Assembly: GCA_963815115.1 (NCBI GenBank)
Contig: CAWFFN010000007.1
Location: 576,001 to 640,000, forward strand
Length of the DNA: 64,000 nt
Direction of reading: 5' to 3'
Source of the DNA: an uncultured delta proteobacterium
Lineage (GTDB): Bacteria > Desulfobacterota > Binatia > DP-6
Part shown: positions 45,714 to 56,024 of the stretch, in pieces
Position numbering within the stretch: position 1 is the stretch's first letter
Layout: each line of letters opens with the position of its first letter
The notes under the pieces: model-generated
Seen by the model: only the letters and a program-made list of their open reading frames with translations
Told to the model about the DNA's origin: nothing
Databases searched by the model: none
Translations under genes and position numbers: made by a program

Positions 45714-47092
45714 TGCACGGCCCCCGCCAGACGTTCGAAGACCCCGTCGACGACCTGGCGGGTGCGCGGCCCGACCGCCGCGCCGGAGCCCCGCGCCACG
45801 CCGGCGACCCAGAGAATCTGGCCGGCCGACTCGAGGACCGGCACGCCGGCGCGCGTCTCGCGCGGCACCTTGGCGTCGACGAGCAGGTCCTGGAGCTTGC
45901 GGGTGCCGACACCCTGGAGGTGCATGCGGTCGCCGGGGCGCCGCGAGCGCACCAGCAGCGAGTCGCCGAGGGCCTCGGCATCGAACGCCGCCCGGCCCGG
46001 GTCGCTCCGCCGGGCGTCCTCGCCGGCATACGGTCGCGGCGACGACAGCCAGAGCCGCCACCCCGATCCCGGATCGGCGGCACTTCCTCCGGGTGCGATC
46101 GGCAGGCAGAACGACCCGGCCGGCCGCTGGCCCCGGGCGCGGCGCACGAGGTGGTCGCCCTCGCGCAGCACCCGGGAGGACCCGGCCAGCGCAACGACCC
46201 CGCGGGCTGCGCCGCGGGCGAGCCCGAGCACGCGCTCGACGTGCTCGGCGGTCACGCCGGCGCGCGCGCCGTTCTCGAGCCACGCGCGCACGATGCGCCG
46301 CCCGATCGCCGCCGGCTCGCCGGCGACCGCGACCCGGAGCCGCCCGCCATCGAGCAGGGCGTCGCGCCGGACAGCCGCCTGCGTCTCGAGCAGGTCGTCC
46401 TCGTCGCGCAAGCGCCGCGCGAGCGCAGCCAGGGTCCGCCCGACGCGCGGGTTGAATTCGGCCGCGAGGAGGGGGAGGACGAGGCGCCGCAGCCGGTTGC
46501 GTGCGTGGGCCAGGTCGGCGTTGCTGCGGTCGACGGCAAACGCGAGGTCCCGGTCGGCCAGGAAGTGACGCACGTCGGCCCGCGTACTGCCGAGCAGCGG
46601 ACGCAGCAGGCGCCCGCTCACCGGACGCATTCCCCCGATGCCACCCCGACCGGCTCCCCGCAGCAAGCGCAGGAGCACGGTCTCGGCCTGGTCGTCGGCG
46701 GTGTGTCCGAGGACGATCCGCGTCGCACCCACCTCCTGCGCCATCGACACCAGGGCGCGACGGCGCGCGCGGCGGGCTCGCATTTCGACACTGGCTCCGG
46801 CGGCGAGGGCGAGCCGGCGCTCGACGAGCGGCACATCCAGCCCGAGCGCGGCGGTCGCGACGCCGTCCCGCTCCGCGGCCCCCTCGGCGCCGCGGAGCCC
46901 GTGATCGACGTGCGCCGCGGTCATCCGCCAGGCGCCTTCCCGGGCGAGCTCGCCGAGCGCGACGAGGAGCGCCATCGAGTCCGGTCCTCCCGACACGGCG
47001 ACCAGCAGGTGCTCGTCGCCTCGCAGCCGGGCGTCGCGGAGCGCGCGGGCGACGCCACGCAGGAGCGGCGACGGCCGTGATCCCCCAGGCAT
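45704..47092 (-). CDS. tilS: tRNA(Ile)-lysidine synthetase
   Basis: [43 protein letters not shown]. Confidence 0.95.
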   Translation of the reverse strand: MPGGSRPSPLLRGVARALRDARLRGDEHLLVAVSGGPDSMALLVALGELAREGAWRMTAAHVDHGLRGAEGAAERDGVATAALGLDVPLVERRLALAAGASVEMRARRARRRALVSMAQEVGATRIVLGHTADDQAETVLLRLLRGAGRGGIGGMRPVSGRLLRPLLGSTRADVRHFLADRDLAFAVDRSNADLAHARNRLRRLVLPLLAAEFNPRVGRTLAALARRLRDEDDLLETQAAVRRDALLDGGRLRVAVAGEPAAIGRRIVRAWLENGARAGVTAEHVERVLGLARGAARGVVALAGSSRVLREGDHLVRRARGQRPAGSFCLPIAPGGSAADPGSGWRLWLSSPRPYAGEDARRSDPGRAAFDAEALGDSLLVRSRRPGDRMHLQGVGTRKLQDLLVDAKVPRETRAGVPVLESAGQILWVAGVARGSGAAVGPRTRQVVDGVFERLAGAVHCP

Positions 47093-47160
47093 GGCATCCA
47101 ACCTAGCACCCGGCACGGGTGACCGGCGACCTGCGTACGGGCGCCGAGCGGGCGCGGCCG

Positions 47161-49353
47161 TCACAGCGAGGCGGCGACCGCCCGCGCCCGGTCGCGCGCG
47201 ATGCTGAGGGTTTGCGCCACCGCCGAGGCGCACGGCTCCGACAGGCTGCCGCGGCGCTCGGCCCGAGCGGCCACGCCGAGCGCGCGCTTGAGCGCGGAGG
47301 CAGCCTGGCGCAGCAACGTGCGCTGCTTGGACTTGGCGCGTGCCGACCCGGCGCGCGTCACGAGGCGTTGCGCCTTGGCGAAGCGGCGCTCGACGCCGCG
47401 GGGCAGCGCGAACCCGGGACACCCCGGCAGGCCGGCATTGAGCGAACAGCTCACCGCAACGATCCCCTCGACGGTCGGGAATCGACAGCCACTCGCGGGA
47501 TCGCACAGGTTCTGGGTGCAGGGATCCCCGTCGTCGCACACCAGGGGCGCGGGCGCCGCACACGTCCCGCCGGTGCAGGCCTCCTCGCCGTTGCAGGCGT
47601 TGCCATCCGAGCACGACGTGCCGTCGGGCACCGGCGTGCCGGCGACGCAGCCCGAACCGGGAACCAGCGTCTCGACGCCGTTGCACGGATTGCCGTCGTC
47701 ACACGCCAGCGCGGCGGCCGCCAGCGCGTCGACCCGCCCCGCACCGGCGGTGTCGTCGAACCCGGGCGGTCCGATGTCGACGGCGCTGGCACGCAGCACG
47801 CTCTGGACCTGGGCCGGCGAGAGCGCCGGGTTCTCCTGGAGCAGGAGCGCCGCCACCGCTGCCACGTGCGGGGCGGCGGCGGACGTACCGAAGAAGGGGC
47901 TGAAGCCGGGCACCGAGGTGGCCACGTCGTCGAAGCCGGCCAGGTCGGGCTTGGGACGGATGGCGGCGGACGGGAACGCAATCCGCGCCGGTCCCTGCGA
48001 GCTGAAGAACTCCACCGCGTCGAGCCCCGGCGTCGCGACGTCGATGGCGCCCACGGCGACCGCCTCGGGGATGGCGGCGTGGCCGAAGATGCTGCCGGTG
48101 AGCGTGAAGTGCTCCATCTGCTGCACGTCCTGGGCGCAGAACAGCTCGAGGGTGCGGGCGTCACCGTGCTCCCGCTCGATGGCGAGGTAGGCGATCTCGG
48201 GGCTGCTGCCGGGATTGTTCGCGGCCACGATCTCGATGGGATCGCCGCGGCCGTTCTGAACGTCCTGGCTGGCGGTGATCAGCCGTTGCGAGCCGTCGAG
48301 CAGCAGCAGGTCGTAGTCGTCGTTCGCGGAGCCGAACGGATCGTCCCATTGCAGCACGCAGAGGAGCGAGCCGCCCGGGGACACCCGCACGCCGTTCGTG
48401 TTGTCGATGCCGCCGCCGCTGTTGAAGTCGTGGAACTTCGTGTTCGGCGAGGGCTGGAACACGCCCTCGTAGTGCAGCTGTCCGGAGTTCCCGGCGGCGG
48501 AATGGTACGAGACGCCGCCCTGCACCGCGGCGCGCACCGCATCGGCGACGGGGCCGTCCTGGAAGTACGGCTCGCCGAAGAACTGCAGGTCGTCGACGAT
48601 CACGTCGGCGCCGGCATCCGCGAGGCAGCGAACCGCCTGGTTGAACGCGAGCGTGCTGTCGACCCCGCTGGCGAAGAGCAGGGACGCGCCGGGGGCGACG
48701 TCGTGTACGATCTCGAGGATGGCGGTGCCCTCGGCTCCGCTGCCCGCGCCGCATCCCGAGGGCACCGTCACGTCGGGAAGGTCGCCCGTCGAGCGGACGG
48801 CCGCCAGGCCGTCGAGCCCGTCGGAGATCACGCCGACGCGAACGCCCCTGCCATCGAAGCCGAGGGCCTGCACCTGGTCGGCGCGTGACGCGCTGACGCC
48901 CGCGCTGGTGACCGACCCGACGCGGGTGTGACCGCGCTCGACCGGGCGAACCGACGACACCCCGGACAGGCCTGCCAGTCCGTGCACTCCGCCGGCCGGT
49001 ACCCAGCCCTCGAGCAGCCCGCTCGCCTGCTCCTCGCGTTCGACGGAGACGCCGGCGGCGGTCAGCGCCGCCCGGGTGCCATCGTCGAGCCGCTCCACGC
49101 GCACCAGGACATGGACCCATCCGTGGCGAAGCCACGCCGGGCCGCCATGCGGCCCCGCTCTCAGCCTCCCGTCGGCCGCGAGCCCGCGCAAGCCGCGCAG
49201 CCGGCTGTCGAGCCGCTGGTCCGCCTGGTCGAGCGCCGTCTTCTGCTCTTGCAGCACCTGGAGACCGCTCTCGAGCGACCGTACCGCGCCGAGGTCGACG
49301 GCGAGGGCGCGGGTGGCGAGGGCTACGAGGACGCAAGCGGCGGGGAGTCGCAT
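47161..49353 (-). CDS. Secreted subtilase (S8/S53-like) with Cys-rich linker and basic C-terminal helical domain
   Basis: Signal peptide, VGVISDG, AEGTAILEIVHDVAPGA, SAAGN, KPDL, FFGTSAAAPH, then CDDGNPC repeats. Confidence 0.9.
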   Translation of the reverse strand: MRLPAACVLVALATRALAVDLGAVRSLESGLQVLQEQKTALDQADQRLDSRLRGLRGLAADGRLRAGPHGGPAWLRHGWVHVLVRVERLDDGTRAALTAAGVSVEREEQASGLLEGWVPAGGVHGLAGLSGVSSVRPVERGHTRVGSVTSAGVSASRADQVQALGFDGRGVRVGVISDGLDGLAAVRSTGDLPDVTVPSGCGAGSGAEGTAILEIVHDVAPGASLLFASGVDSTLAFNQAVRCLADAGADVIVDDLQFFGEPYFQDGPVADAVRAAVQGGVSYHSAAGNSGQLHYEGVFQPSPNTKFHDFNSGGGIDNTNGVRVSPGGSLLCVLQWDDPFGSANDDYDLLLLDGSQRLITASQDVQNGRGDPIEIVAANNPGSSPEIAYLAIEREHGDARTLELFCAQDVQQMEHFTLTGSIFGHAAIPEAVAVGAIDVATPGLDAVEFFSSQGPARIAFPSAAIRPKPDLAGFDDVATSVPGFSPFFGTSAAAPHVAAVAALLLQENPALSPAQVQSVLRASAVDIGPPGFDDTAGAGRVDALAAAALACDDGNPCNGVETLVPGSGCVAGTPVPDGTSCSDGNACNGEEACTGGTCAAPAPLVCDDGDPCTQNLCDPASGCRFPTVEGIVAVSCSLNAGLPGCPGFALPRGVERRFAKAQRLVTRAGSARAKSKQRTLLRQAASALKRALGVAARAERRGSLSEPCASAVAQTLSIARDRARAVAASL

Positions 49354-49427
49354 CGACACTCCCGGGATACCGTACCCGAAATTGCTCCGGTTGACCGCTA
49401 CCCGGCCCCCGGGGGTAGCGTGCGCCC

Positions 49428-50288
49428 ATGAAGACGCTCCGCACGGAGACCACGAACGGTGTGCGCTCGATCGTGCTCGCGCGCCCGAGCGAATACAACA
49501 CCATCACTCCGGACCTGCGCGACGAGCTCGCAGCTGCCATAGACGAAGCGGACGCGGACCCCGAGGTCCACGTCATCCTGCTCCGTGCCGACGGTCCCGC
49601 CTTCTGTGCCGGATACGGTCTCGACTGGGCCATCCCGGCGCAGGCGGCGGAGAGCGATGAGCCGGCCGGTGCTCCCCGGCCTCGCACCTGGGACTCGGTC
49701 GCCGACTGGCGAATGATGAAGCGCTTCGTCGATACGTACATGAAGCTCTGGTATGCCCAGAAGCCGACCATCGCGGCGGTGCAGGGCTGGTGCATCGGCG
49801 GTGGTACCGACCTGGTGCTCTGCGCCGACCTGATCGTGGCGGGCGACGGCGCGCGCTTCGGCTACCCCCCATCGCGCGTCTGGGGAACGCCGACCACCGC
49901 CATGTGGGTCTACCGACTCGGGCTCGAGCGGGCGAAGCGCTATCTCCTCACCGGGGACGAGATCCCGGCTCGGCGCGCGGCCGAGCTGGGCCTCATCCTC
50001 GAGGTCGTGCCCGACGATCGGCTCGTCGAGCACGCGCTCGGCCTGGCGCGGCGCATGGCGCGCGTCCCGATCAACCAGCTCGTGATGCTCAAGCTGCTCT
50101 GCAACCAGACGGCCGAGCACCTCGGCATGACGTCCACCCGGCTGGTCGGCACGCTGTTCGACGGCATCGCGCGCCACACCCAGGAGGGTCTCGACTTCGT
50201 GCGCCGCGCCCAGGAGGCCGGCTTCCGGCAGGCGGTGCGCGAGCGCGACGACCCGTTCGGCGACTATGGCAGCCGCCCGCGGTCCTGA
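49428..50288 (+). CDS. Crotonase/enoyl-CoA hydratase family protein
   Basis: AFCAGYGL, KPTIAAVQGWCIGGG, LLTGDEI. Confidence 0.92.
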   Translation: MKTLRTETTNGVRSIVLARPSEYNTITPDLRDELAAAIDEADADPEVHVILLRADGPAFCAGYGLDWAIPAQAAESDEPAGAPRPRTWDSVADWRMMKRFVDTYMKLWYAQKPTIAAVQGWCIGGGTDLVLCADLIVAGDGARFGYPPSRVWGTPTTAMWVYRLGLERAKRYLLTGDEIPARRAAELGLILEVVPDDRLVEHALGLARRMARVPINQLVMLKLLCNQTAEHLGMTSTRLVGTLFDGIARHTQEGLDFVRRAQEAGFRQAVRERDDPFGDYGSRPRS

Positions 50289-50342
50289 CCGTCGGCTACG
50301 CTTCCTTGACCCGGCGCTCCTCGCACTGAGATACCCGAGCAT

Positions 50343-50597
50343 ATGACCCCACGAACGCGCCGTCTCGTACTGCTCTCCGGCTGGCTCCTGCTCCAGAAGC
50401 CGACGGGATGGACCGATTCCAGGGAGCCGCCCCTCGACCGCTGGACGCAGGTGAAGCAGTTCTCTTCCTCCGGCGCCTGCGAGAGCTATCGCGACAAGGC
50501 ACTCGCCGGTGCGCAGGACCCGGCCGCCGCCGGCAGCATGCGCTGCGTGGCGGAGGAGCCGGCGCAGAAGGCCCCCGCGGCGGCCGGCGGCTGGTAG
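50343..50597 (+). CDS. Small hypothetical protein with a Cys pair
   Basis: 84 aa ORF with normal GC3 bias filling the gap; hydrophobic N-terminal stretch, PPLDRW...GACE...RCV. Confidence 0.6.
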   Translation: MTPRTRRLVLLSGWLLLQKPTGWTDSREPPLDRWTQVKQFSSSGACESYRDKALAGAQDPAAAGSMRCVAEEPAQKAPAAAGGW

Positions 50598-50598
50598 C

Positions 50599-51102
50599 TC
50601 AGCCCGAGGAGAGCGGTCCGGGCGCGACGACGTGAATGCTCGGCGTGTCCTGGCGGCTCCACTCCTCGTGGAACACGGGGACATAACCCGTGTGCCGGAT
50701 CAGCCAGACACCCTGCTGCTTCACGTACTCGTCATCATAGAAGCAGGCCATGCGAACGCCGCGTTGCTGGCGCTCGTTCAGCAGGTAGTTGTGCAGCGCC
50801 CACGTCCCCCGCGCCGTCGTCGGACCGGTGAGCTGGATCTCGGGATGATGGCCGTGGTGCAGTCCGATCGTTCCTCGCTCCGCCGACAGCGACTCGCGCA
50901 GGAATGCGAGGATGGCGTCGCGACCCACGAATCGATAGCGCCCCGCGCCGTAGCTCACCGTCGCGCCGGTGGTGAAGCAGTCGCCGAGCTCGTCCCAGCG
51001 TTTCATGTCCAGACAGCGAAAATAGCGGTACTTCAGCTGCCGGATCGCCTCCACGTCCTCCAGCGCCTGCAATCGCGCCTCGAGCTCTTCCAGCGTCGCC
51101 AT
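50599..51102 (-). CDS. NTF2/SnoaL-like protein (BaiE/scytalone dehydratase-like)
   Basis: EAIRQLKYRYFRCLD, HHGHHPEI, ARGTW, YDDEY..W; SD AGGAG before the ATG at 51102. Confidence 0.88.
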   Translation of the reverse strand: MATLEELEARLQALEDVEAIRQLKYRYFRCLDMKRWDELGDCFTTGATVSYGAGRYRFVGRDAILAFLRESLSAERGTIGLHHGHHPEIQLTGPTTARGTWALHNYLLNERQQRGVRMACFYDDEYVKQQGVWLIRHTGYVPVFHEEWSRQDTPSIHVVAPGPLSSG

Positions 51103-51168
51103 GCGGATCTCCTTCTCGCAGGCGGGCCCGCACCGCAAACTCGCACTGCCGGACGGCGCAACCCTCGA

Positions 51169-54100
51169 TCAGTCCGACTTGGCCTTGAAGTCCAGCGTCG
51201 AGTTCACCAGCGGCGTCGAGAACGTGCCCTCGTAGCACTGTCCGTTCTCGCTCTGGAGCTGGGCCTTGAGCGGGAGCATCAGCGTGGGACCGAGGGGCGG
51301 CAAGGGGATGTTGTCGCCTTTGCCTTTGAGCGTCAGCTTGGCCGCGCCCGCGCCACCGGCCCGGATCGTGATGCCGTCGAGATCGTCCGGCAGCCCGTCA
51401 CGGTCCTTGTACTTGAAGCCCTTCGGGGGCACGCGGCCGATCTGCTTCCAGCACGGCCGTGAGCCGCAGGTGCCGCCGGCGGGCGCCGTCATCTTGAGGA
51501 GCAGGTCCCCGGTGCCGTCGAACAGGCAGAGCGCGTAGTCGTCCGTGGCGAGCGGATTGCCGAGATCGGCGAACGTGGTCGCCTGACCCCGCGTCCACTT
51601 GAACACCACCTGGTCCTTCGCATCGGGCGTGAAGTCCCGCAGGATCAGCTGCGCCTTCCCGGCCTGGGTCGGCAGCTTGCACGTCGAGCGCGGGGCCGCG
51701 AGGCAGCCTCCGGCCGGATTGCAGGTCTGGCAGAGTGGGCAGGTGATGGGCGTGCCCCCCGTGCAGGCGCCGCCACTGCAGATCTCGCCCGAGGTGCAGT
51801 CGTCACCGTCGCTGCACGCGGCGCCGTCGTTGCCGGTGGGATGGGCACAGGTCCCGCTGCCGTCGCACTGATCGAGCGTGCACGGATCGCCGTCGACCGT
51901 GCACGCCGTCCCCGAGGGGTCGAAGCAGTTGTCGGCGGCCTCGTTGCAGGTCACGGCGCATTCCGGGCCCCCCGTGCACGGATCGCCAGCGTGGGTGCAA
52001 GCGCCCCCGCTACAGGTGTCGGCGCCGTTGCAGAACAGCCCATCGTCGCACGGAGCGGCATTGTTGGGATGCGCGCAGGCGCCGGTGCCGTTGCACTGGT
52101 CGTTCGTGCACACGTTGCCGTCGCTCGTGCACCCGGTGCCGGCGGGATCGAAGCAGTTGTCGGCGGCCTCGTTGCAGGTGTCGGCGCATTCGGGCCCGCC
52201 CGTACAGGGATTGCCCGTGTGCGTGCAGGTGCCGCCGCTGCACGTGTCGCTGCCGTTGCAGAACAAGCCGTCGTTGCACGGGGCCGTGTTGTTGGGATGC
52301 GTGCAGGCGCCGGTGCCGTTGCACTGGTCGTTCGTGCACACGTTGCCGTCGCTCGTGCACGCGGTGCCGGCGGGATCGAAGCAGTTGTCGGCGGCCTCGT
52401 TGCAGGTGTCGGCGCACTCCGGGCCCCCCGCGCAGGGGTTGCCGGCATGCGCCGCGCAGGTGCCGCCGCTGCACGTGTCGGCGCCGTTGCAGAACAGGCC
52501 GTCGTCGCACGACGCGGTATTGTTGGGATGCGTGCAGGCGCCGGTGCCGTTGCACTGGTCGTTGGTGCACACGTTGCCGTCGCTCGTGCACGCGGTGCCG
52601 GCGGCATCGAAGCAGTTGTCGGCGGCCTCGTTGCAGGTGTCGGCACACTCGGGGCCGCCTGCGCAGGGACTGCCGGCGTGCGTGCAGGCGCCGCCGCTAC
52701 AGATGTCGGCGCCGGTGCAGAAGAGCCCGTCGTCGCACGGGGCCGTGTTGTTGGGATGCGTGCAGGCGCCACTGCCGTTGCACTGGTCGTTCGTGCACAC
52801 GTTGCCGTCGCTCGTGCACGCGGTGCCGGCGGGATCGAAGCAGTTGTCGGCGGCCTCGTTGCAGGTGTCGGCACATTCGGATCCGCCCGTGCACGGATTG
52901 CCGGCGTGCGTGCAGGTGCCGCCGCCACAGGTGTCGGCACCGTTGCAGAAGAGCCCGTCGTCGCACGGGGCGGTGTTGTTCGGATGCAGGCAGGCGCCGG
53001 CGCCGTTGCACACGTCGTTGGTGCACACGTTGCCGTCGCTGGTGCACGCGGTGCCGGGCGCGTCGTACGTGCAGGTGGGCGAGCAACAGTCGCCCGCGGC
53101 GGTGTTGCCGTCGTCGCACGTCTCGCCGGCCTCGACGACGCCGTTGCCGCACACGACGACGGGATCGTCGTACTCGAGGACGCGGTGATTGCCCGAATCC
53201 GCCGCGTACAGGTCGCCACTGGTGTCGACGGAGACGGCGCTGGGGGTGCAGAGGCTCGTGGCGCTCGCGCCGCCGAGGTTGCACGTGCTGCTCGCGAAGC
53301 TTCCGCCCTGGCCGAAGACGCGATCGGCGGTGACGCCGCTCACGAGCGGCGTGTCGTACTCGAGGAGGCGGTTGTTGCTCTGATCCGTGACGTAGAGGTT
53401 GCCATCCGTCCCGACGGCTATCCCGGCAGGATTGCACAGGCTCGTGGCGCTCACGCCACCCAGGTTGCACGTCCCGGACGCGAAGCTCCCGCCCTGGCCG
53501 AAGACCCGGTCCGCGGTGACGCCGCTCGCGAGCGGCGTGTCGTACTCGAGCACGCGCGAGTTGGTCTGGTCGGCGACGTACAGATCGCCTGCGGGATCCA
53601 TCGCCACGCCGACCGGGGAACAGAGGCTCGTGGCGCTCACGCCGCCCAGGTTGCACGTGCCGAGCGTGAAGCTGCCTCCCTGCCCGAAGACACGGTCGGC
53701 GGTGACGCCGCTCGCGAGCGGCGTGTCGTACTCGAGCACGCGCGAGTTGGTCTGGTCGGCGACGTACAGATCGCCCGCGGGATCCATCGCCACGCCGACC
53801 GGGGAACAGAGGCTCGTGGCGCTCACGCCGCCCAGGTTGCACGTGCCGGTCGTGAAGCTGCCTCCCTGTCCGAAGACACGGTCGGCCGCGGCGTCGGTCG
53901 CGAACGGCGCGTCGTACTCGAGGACGCGCGAGTTGCTGGCGTCCGCGACGTAGAGGTTGCCACCGGCGTCGACGGCGACACCGATCGGGGAGCACAGGCT
54001 GGTCGCGCTGAGGCCGCCGGAGTTGCACGAGGAGGACAAGAAGTCGGGCTGCCCGATCACCAGATCGGCCGGCGCGCCGTCGACGAACGCGGCTGCACTC

Positions 54101-55518
54101 GCCCACCCCAGGACCCGGTTGTTGCTCGTGTCGGCCACGTACACCCTGCTCGGCACCGTGCTCCGGTCGACGGCGACGCCGCGCGGGGCGAACACACCGC
54201 GTGCGTCGACGAAGTTCGGGCCGCTGTAGACGAACGCGAGCTGGCCGAGCACGCGGTCGGCCGTGACGCCGCTCACGAGCGGCGTGTCGTACTCGAGGAC
54301 CCGCGAGTTGCTCAGATCCGCGACGTAGAGGTTGCCCGTGGCGTCCGTCGCCACGCCGTCCGGGTTGCACAGGCTCGTCGCGCTCGCGACGTTGCAGGTG
54401 GCGGTCGTGAAGCTGCCTCCCTGGCCGAAGACGCGGTCCGCGGTGACGCCGCTCACCAGCGGCGTGTCGTACTCGAGGACCCGGTGGTTGGACTCGTCCC
54501 CGATGTAGAGGTTGCTCGCGGGATCGACGGCGACACCGACGGGGCCGCAGAGGCTCGTCGCGCTGATGCCGCCCAGGTCGCAGCCATTGCTGGTGAAGCT
54601 CCCGCCCTGGCCGAAGACCCGGTCCGCCGACACGCCGCTCGCCAGCGGCGTGTCGTACTCGAGGACGCGGGAGTTTCCGCTGTCCGCGACATAGACGTTG
54701 CCGGCGCCGTCGACGGCCGTGCCCAGCGGGTTGCAGAGACCAGAGGCGGTCACGCCGCCGAGGTTGCAACTATTGCTCGTGAAGCTCCCGCCCTGGCCGA
54801 AGACCCGGTCCGCGGTGACCCCGCTCACGAGCGGCGTGTCGTACTCGAGGACGCGTGAATTGCTCGCGTCCGCCACGTAGAGGTTGCCGCCGGCGTCCAC
54901 GGCGACGCCCCAGGGGAAGCAGAGACCCGTGGCGTTCAGGCCGGGCAGGTTGCAGACGCCGGTGGTGAAACCCCCGGCCTGGCCGAAGACCCGGTCGGCC
55001 GTCGCGCCCGACGCGAACGGGCTGTCGTACTCGAGCACGCGGGAGTTGTTGACGTCCGCGACGTAGAGGTTGCCCGCGGCGTCGACGGCGAGCCCGACGG
55101 GGGCGCAGAGGCTCACCGCGCTGATGCCGCCCGTGTTGCAGGAGGATGAAAAGAAGTCGGGCTGGCCGATGACCAGCGCGGCCGGACCGCCGCTGGCGAA
55201 GGCGGTCACGTCCGCCCACGCCAGGACGCGGTTGTTGTTCGTGTCGGCAACGTAGAGTCGGTTCGGCACGACGCTCCGGTCGATCGCGACTCCTCGCGGG
55301 ACGGACACGCCGCGCGCATCGACGAGGTTGGCCCCGTTGTAGGGAAACGCCAACTGGCCCAGCACCCGGTCCGCCGTCGTGTCCGCCGCCGCTTGCCGGG
55401 CGGGTACCACGGCGGCGGCTACGGCCAGCAAGACGGACAGCTGCACAAAAGAGAACCATCGGTGGGAAGCGATCGGCGTGACGCGCACATACCCTCCAAA
55501 GCTATGCCGTTTGCGCAA
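51169..55518 (-). CDS. Large secreted protein: 12 NHL-type blades, Cys-rich stalk, C-terminal beta-rich domain
   Basis: Signal-like LSVLLAVAAAVVPARQAAA; repeated P.GVAVD..GNLYVAD..NSRVLEYD; VCGNGVVEAGETCDDGN (DUF4215-like). Start may be GTG 55488. Confidence 0.9.
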   Translation of the reverse strand: MRKRHSFGGYVRVTPIASHRWFSFVQLSVLLAVAAAVVPARQAAADTTADRVLGQLAFPYNGANLVDARGVSVPRGVAIDRSVVPNRLYVADTNNNRVLAWADVTAFASGGPAALVIGQPDFFSSSCNTGGISAVSLCAPVGLAVDAAGNLYVADVNNSRVLEYDSPFASGATADRVFGQAGGFTTGVCNLPGLNATGLCFPWGVAVDAGGNLYVADASNSRVLEYDTPLVSGVTADRVFGQGGSFTSNSCNLGGVTASGLCNPLGTAVDGAGNVYVADSGNSRVLEYDTPLASGVSADRVFGQGGSFTSNGCDLGGISATSLCGPVGVAVDPASNLYIGDESNHRVLEYDTPLVSGVTADRVFGQGGSFTTATCNVASATSLCNPDGVATDATGNLYVADLSNSRVLEYDTPLVSGVTADRVLGQLAFVYSGPNFVDARGVFAPRGVAVDRSTVPSRVYVADTSNNRVLGWASAAAFVDGAPADLVIGQPDFLSSSCNSGGLSATSLCSPIGVAVDAGGNLYVADASNSRVLEYDAPFATDAAADRVFGQGGSFTTGTCNLGGVSATSLCSPVGVAMDPAGDLYVADQTNSRVLEYDTPLASGVTADRVFGQGGSFTLGTCNLGGVSATSLCSPVGVAMDPAGDLYVADQTNSRVLEYDTPLASGVTADRVFGQGGSFASGTCNLGGVSATSLCNPAGIAVGTDGNLYVTDQSNNRLLEYDTPLVSGVTADRVFGQGGSFASSTCNLGGASATSLCTPSAVSVDTSGDLYAADSGNHRVLEYDDPVVVCGNGVVEAGETCDDGNTAAGDCCSPTCTYDAPGTACTSDGNVCTNDVCNGAGACLHPNNTAPCDDGLFCNGADTCGGGTCTHAGNPCTGGSECADTCNEAADNCFDPAGTACTSDGNVCTNDQCNGSGACTHPNNTAPCDDGLFCTGADICSGGACTHAGSPCAGGPECADTCNEAADNCFDAAGTACTSDGNVCTNDQCNGTGACTHPNNTASCDDGLFCNGADTCSGGTCAAHAGNPCAGGPECADTCNEAADNCFDPAGTACTSDGNVCTNDQCNGTGACTHPNNTAPCNDGLFCNGSDTCSGGTCTHTGNPCTGGPECADTCNEAADNCFDPAGTGCTSDGNVCTNDQCNGTGACAHPNNAAPCDDGLFCNGADTCSGGACTHAGDPCTGGPECAVTCNEAADNCFDPSGTACTVDGDPCTLDQCDGSGTCAHPTGNDGAACSDGDDCTSGEICSGGACTGGTPITCPLCQTCNPAGGCLAAPRSTCKLPTQAGKAQLILRDFTPDAKDQVVFKWTRGQATTFADLGNPLATDDYALCLFDGTGDLLLKMTAPAGGTCGSRPCWKQIGRVPPKGFKYKDRDGLPDDLDGITIRAGGAGAAKLTLKGKGDNIPLPPLGPTLMLPLKAQLQSENGQCYEGTFSTPLVNSTLDFKAKSD
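51900..53060 (-). repeat. Five near-identical 228-231 bp tandem units (76-77 aa, 12 Cys each)
   Basis: GAAGCAGTTGTCGGCGGCCTCGTTGCAGG recurs at 51922, 52150, 52378, 52609 and 52837. Confidence 0.95.
53170..55380 (-). repeat. NHL blade repeats, about 186 bp period, in two sets of six
   Basis: GTACTCGAG at 53170, 53356, 53542, 53728, 53914 and at 54289, 54469, 54655, 54841, 55027. Confidence 0.93.
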
Positions 55519-55538
55519 GGTCTTGCTGGGAAGCAGAG

Positions 55539-55568
55539 CCTATAGTCGCCGCCGACGACGCCCGTCAA
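55539..55568 (-). promoter_or_regulatory. Candidate promoter for the NHL/Cys-rich gene
   Basis: Minus strand TTGACG-N18-TATAGG. Confidence 0.45.
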
Positions 55569-56024
55569 GGATTTTCGGCTCCACGAAGCATCCGACCGCG
55601 CTCGCGGGATTTCGCCTGCGCGGCTCTGCTCCGGAGTGACGAGAGAGGCGCGAGCCGGGCTCGTCGCCGTCGCGCAGCGCGCTCGGACGCCGGCGCGGCG
55701 GTCGTCCCGAAGCCAACTGCAAGTGAATCGTCACGCGTCGGGTGTCGGTCCTCCGGCGCGATCGCCAGGCGATGGCCGCGATGCAGTGGATCGATCCCGC
55801 GTTCGAACCGGTCCGCGGCCGTGGATGAGCGGCGCGCGCCCGTCATGTCGCGCGCTTCCGGGTGTACCAATCCCGAGGGCGAAGACCGACCCGGCCCGGG
55901 CCTCGCCTCCTCCCGCACCGCCATGCTCGCTTATTCGCCGTTTTCTCCGCGATTTTCCTTGACAGCTCGGGTGGCGCCTGTGCTAGCCGGCACGGGTCGC
56001 ACATCGCCAGGGGGGGACATCAGA

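Noticed and set aside
55780-55825. GTTCGAACC T-loop-like motif suggesting a tRNA
   Set aside because: Flanks do not form a T-stem or cloverleaf.
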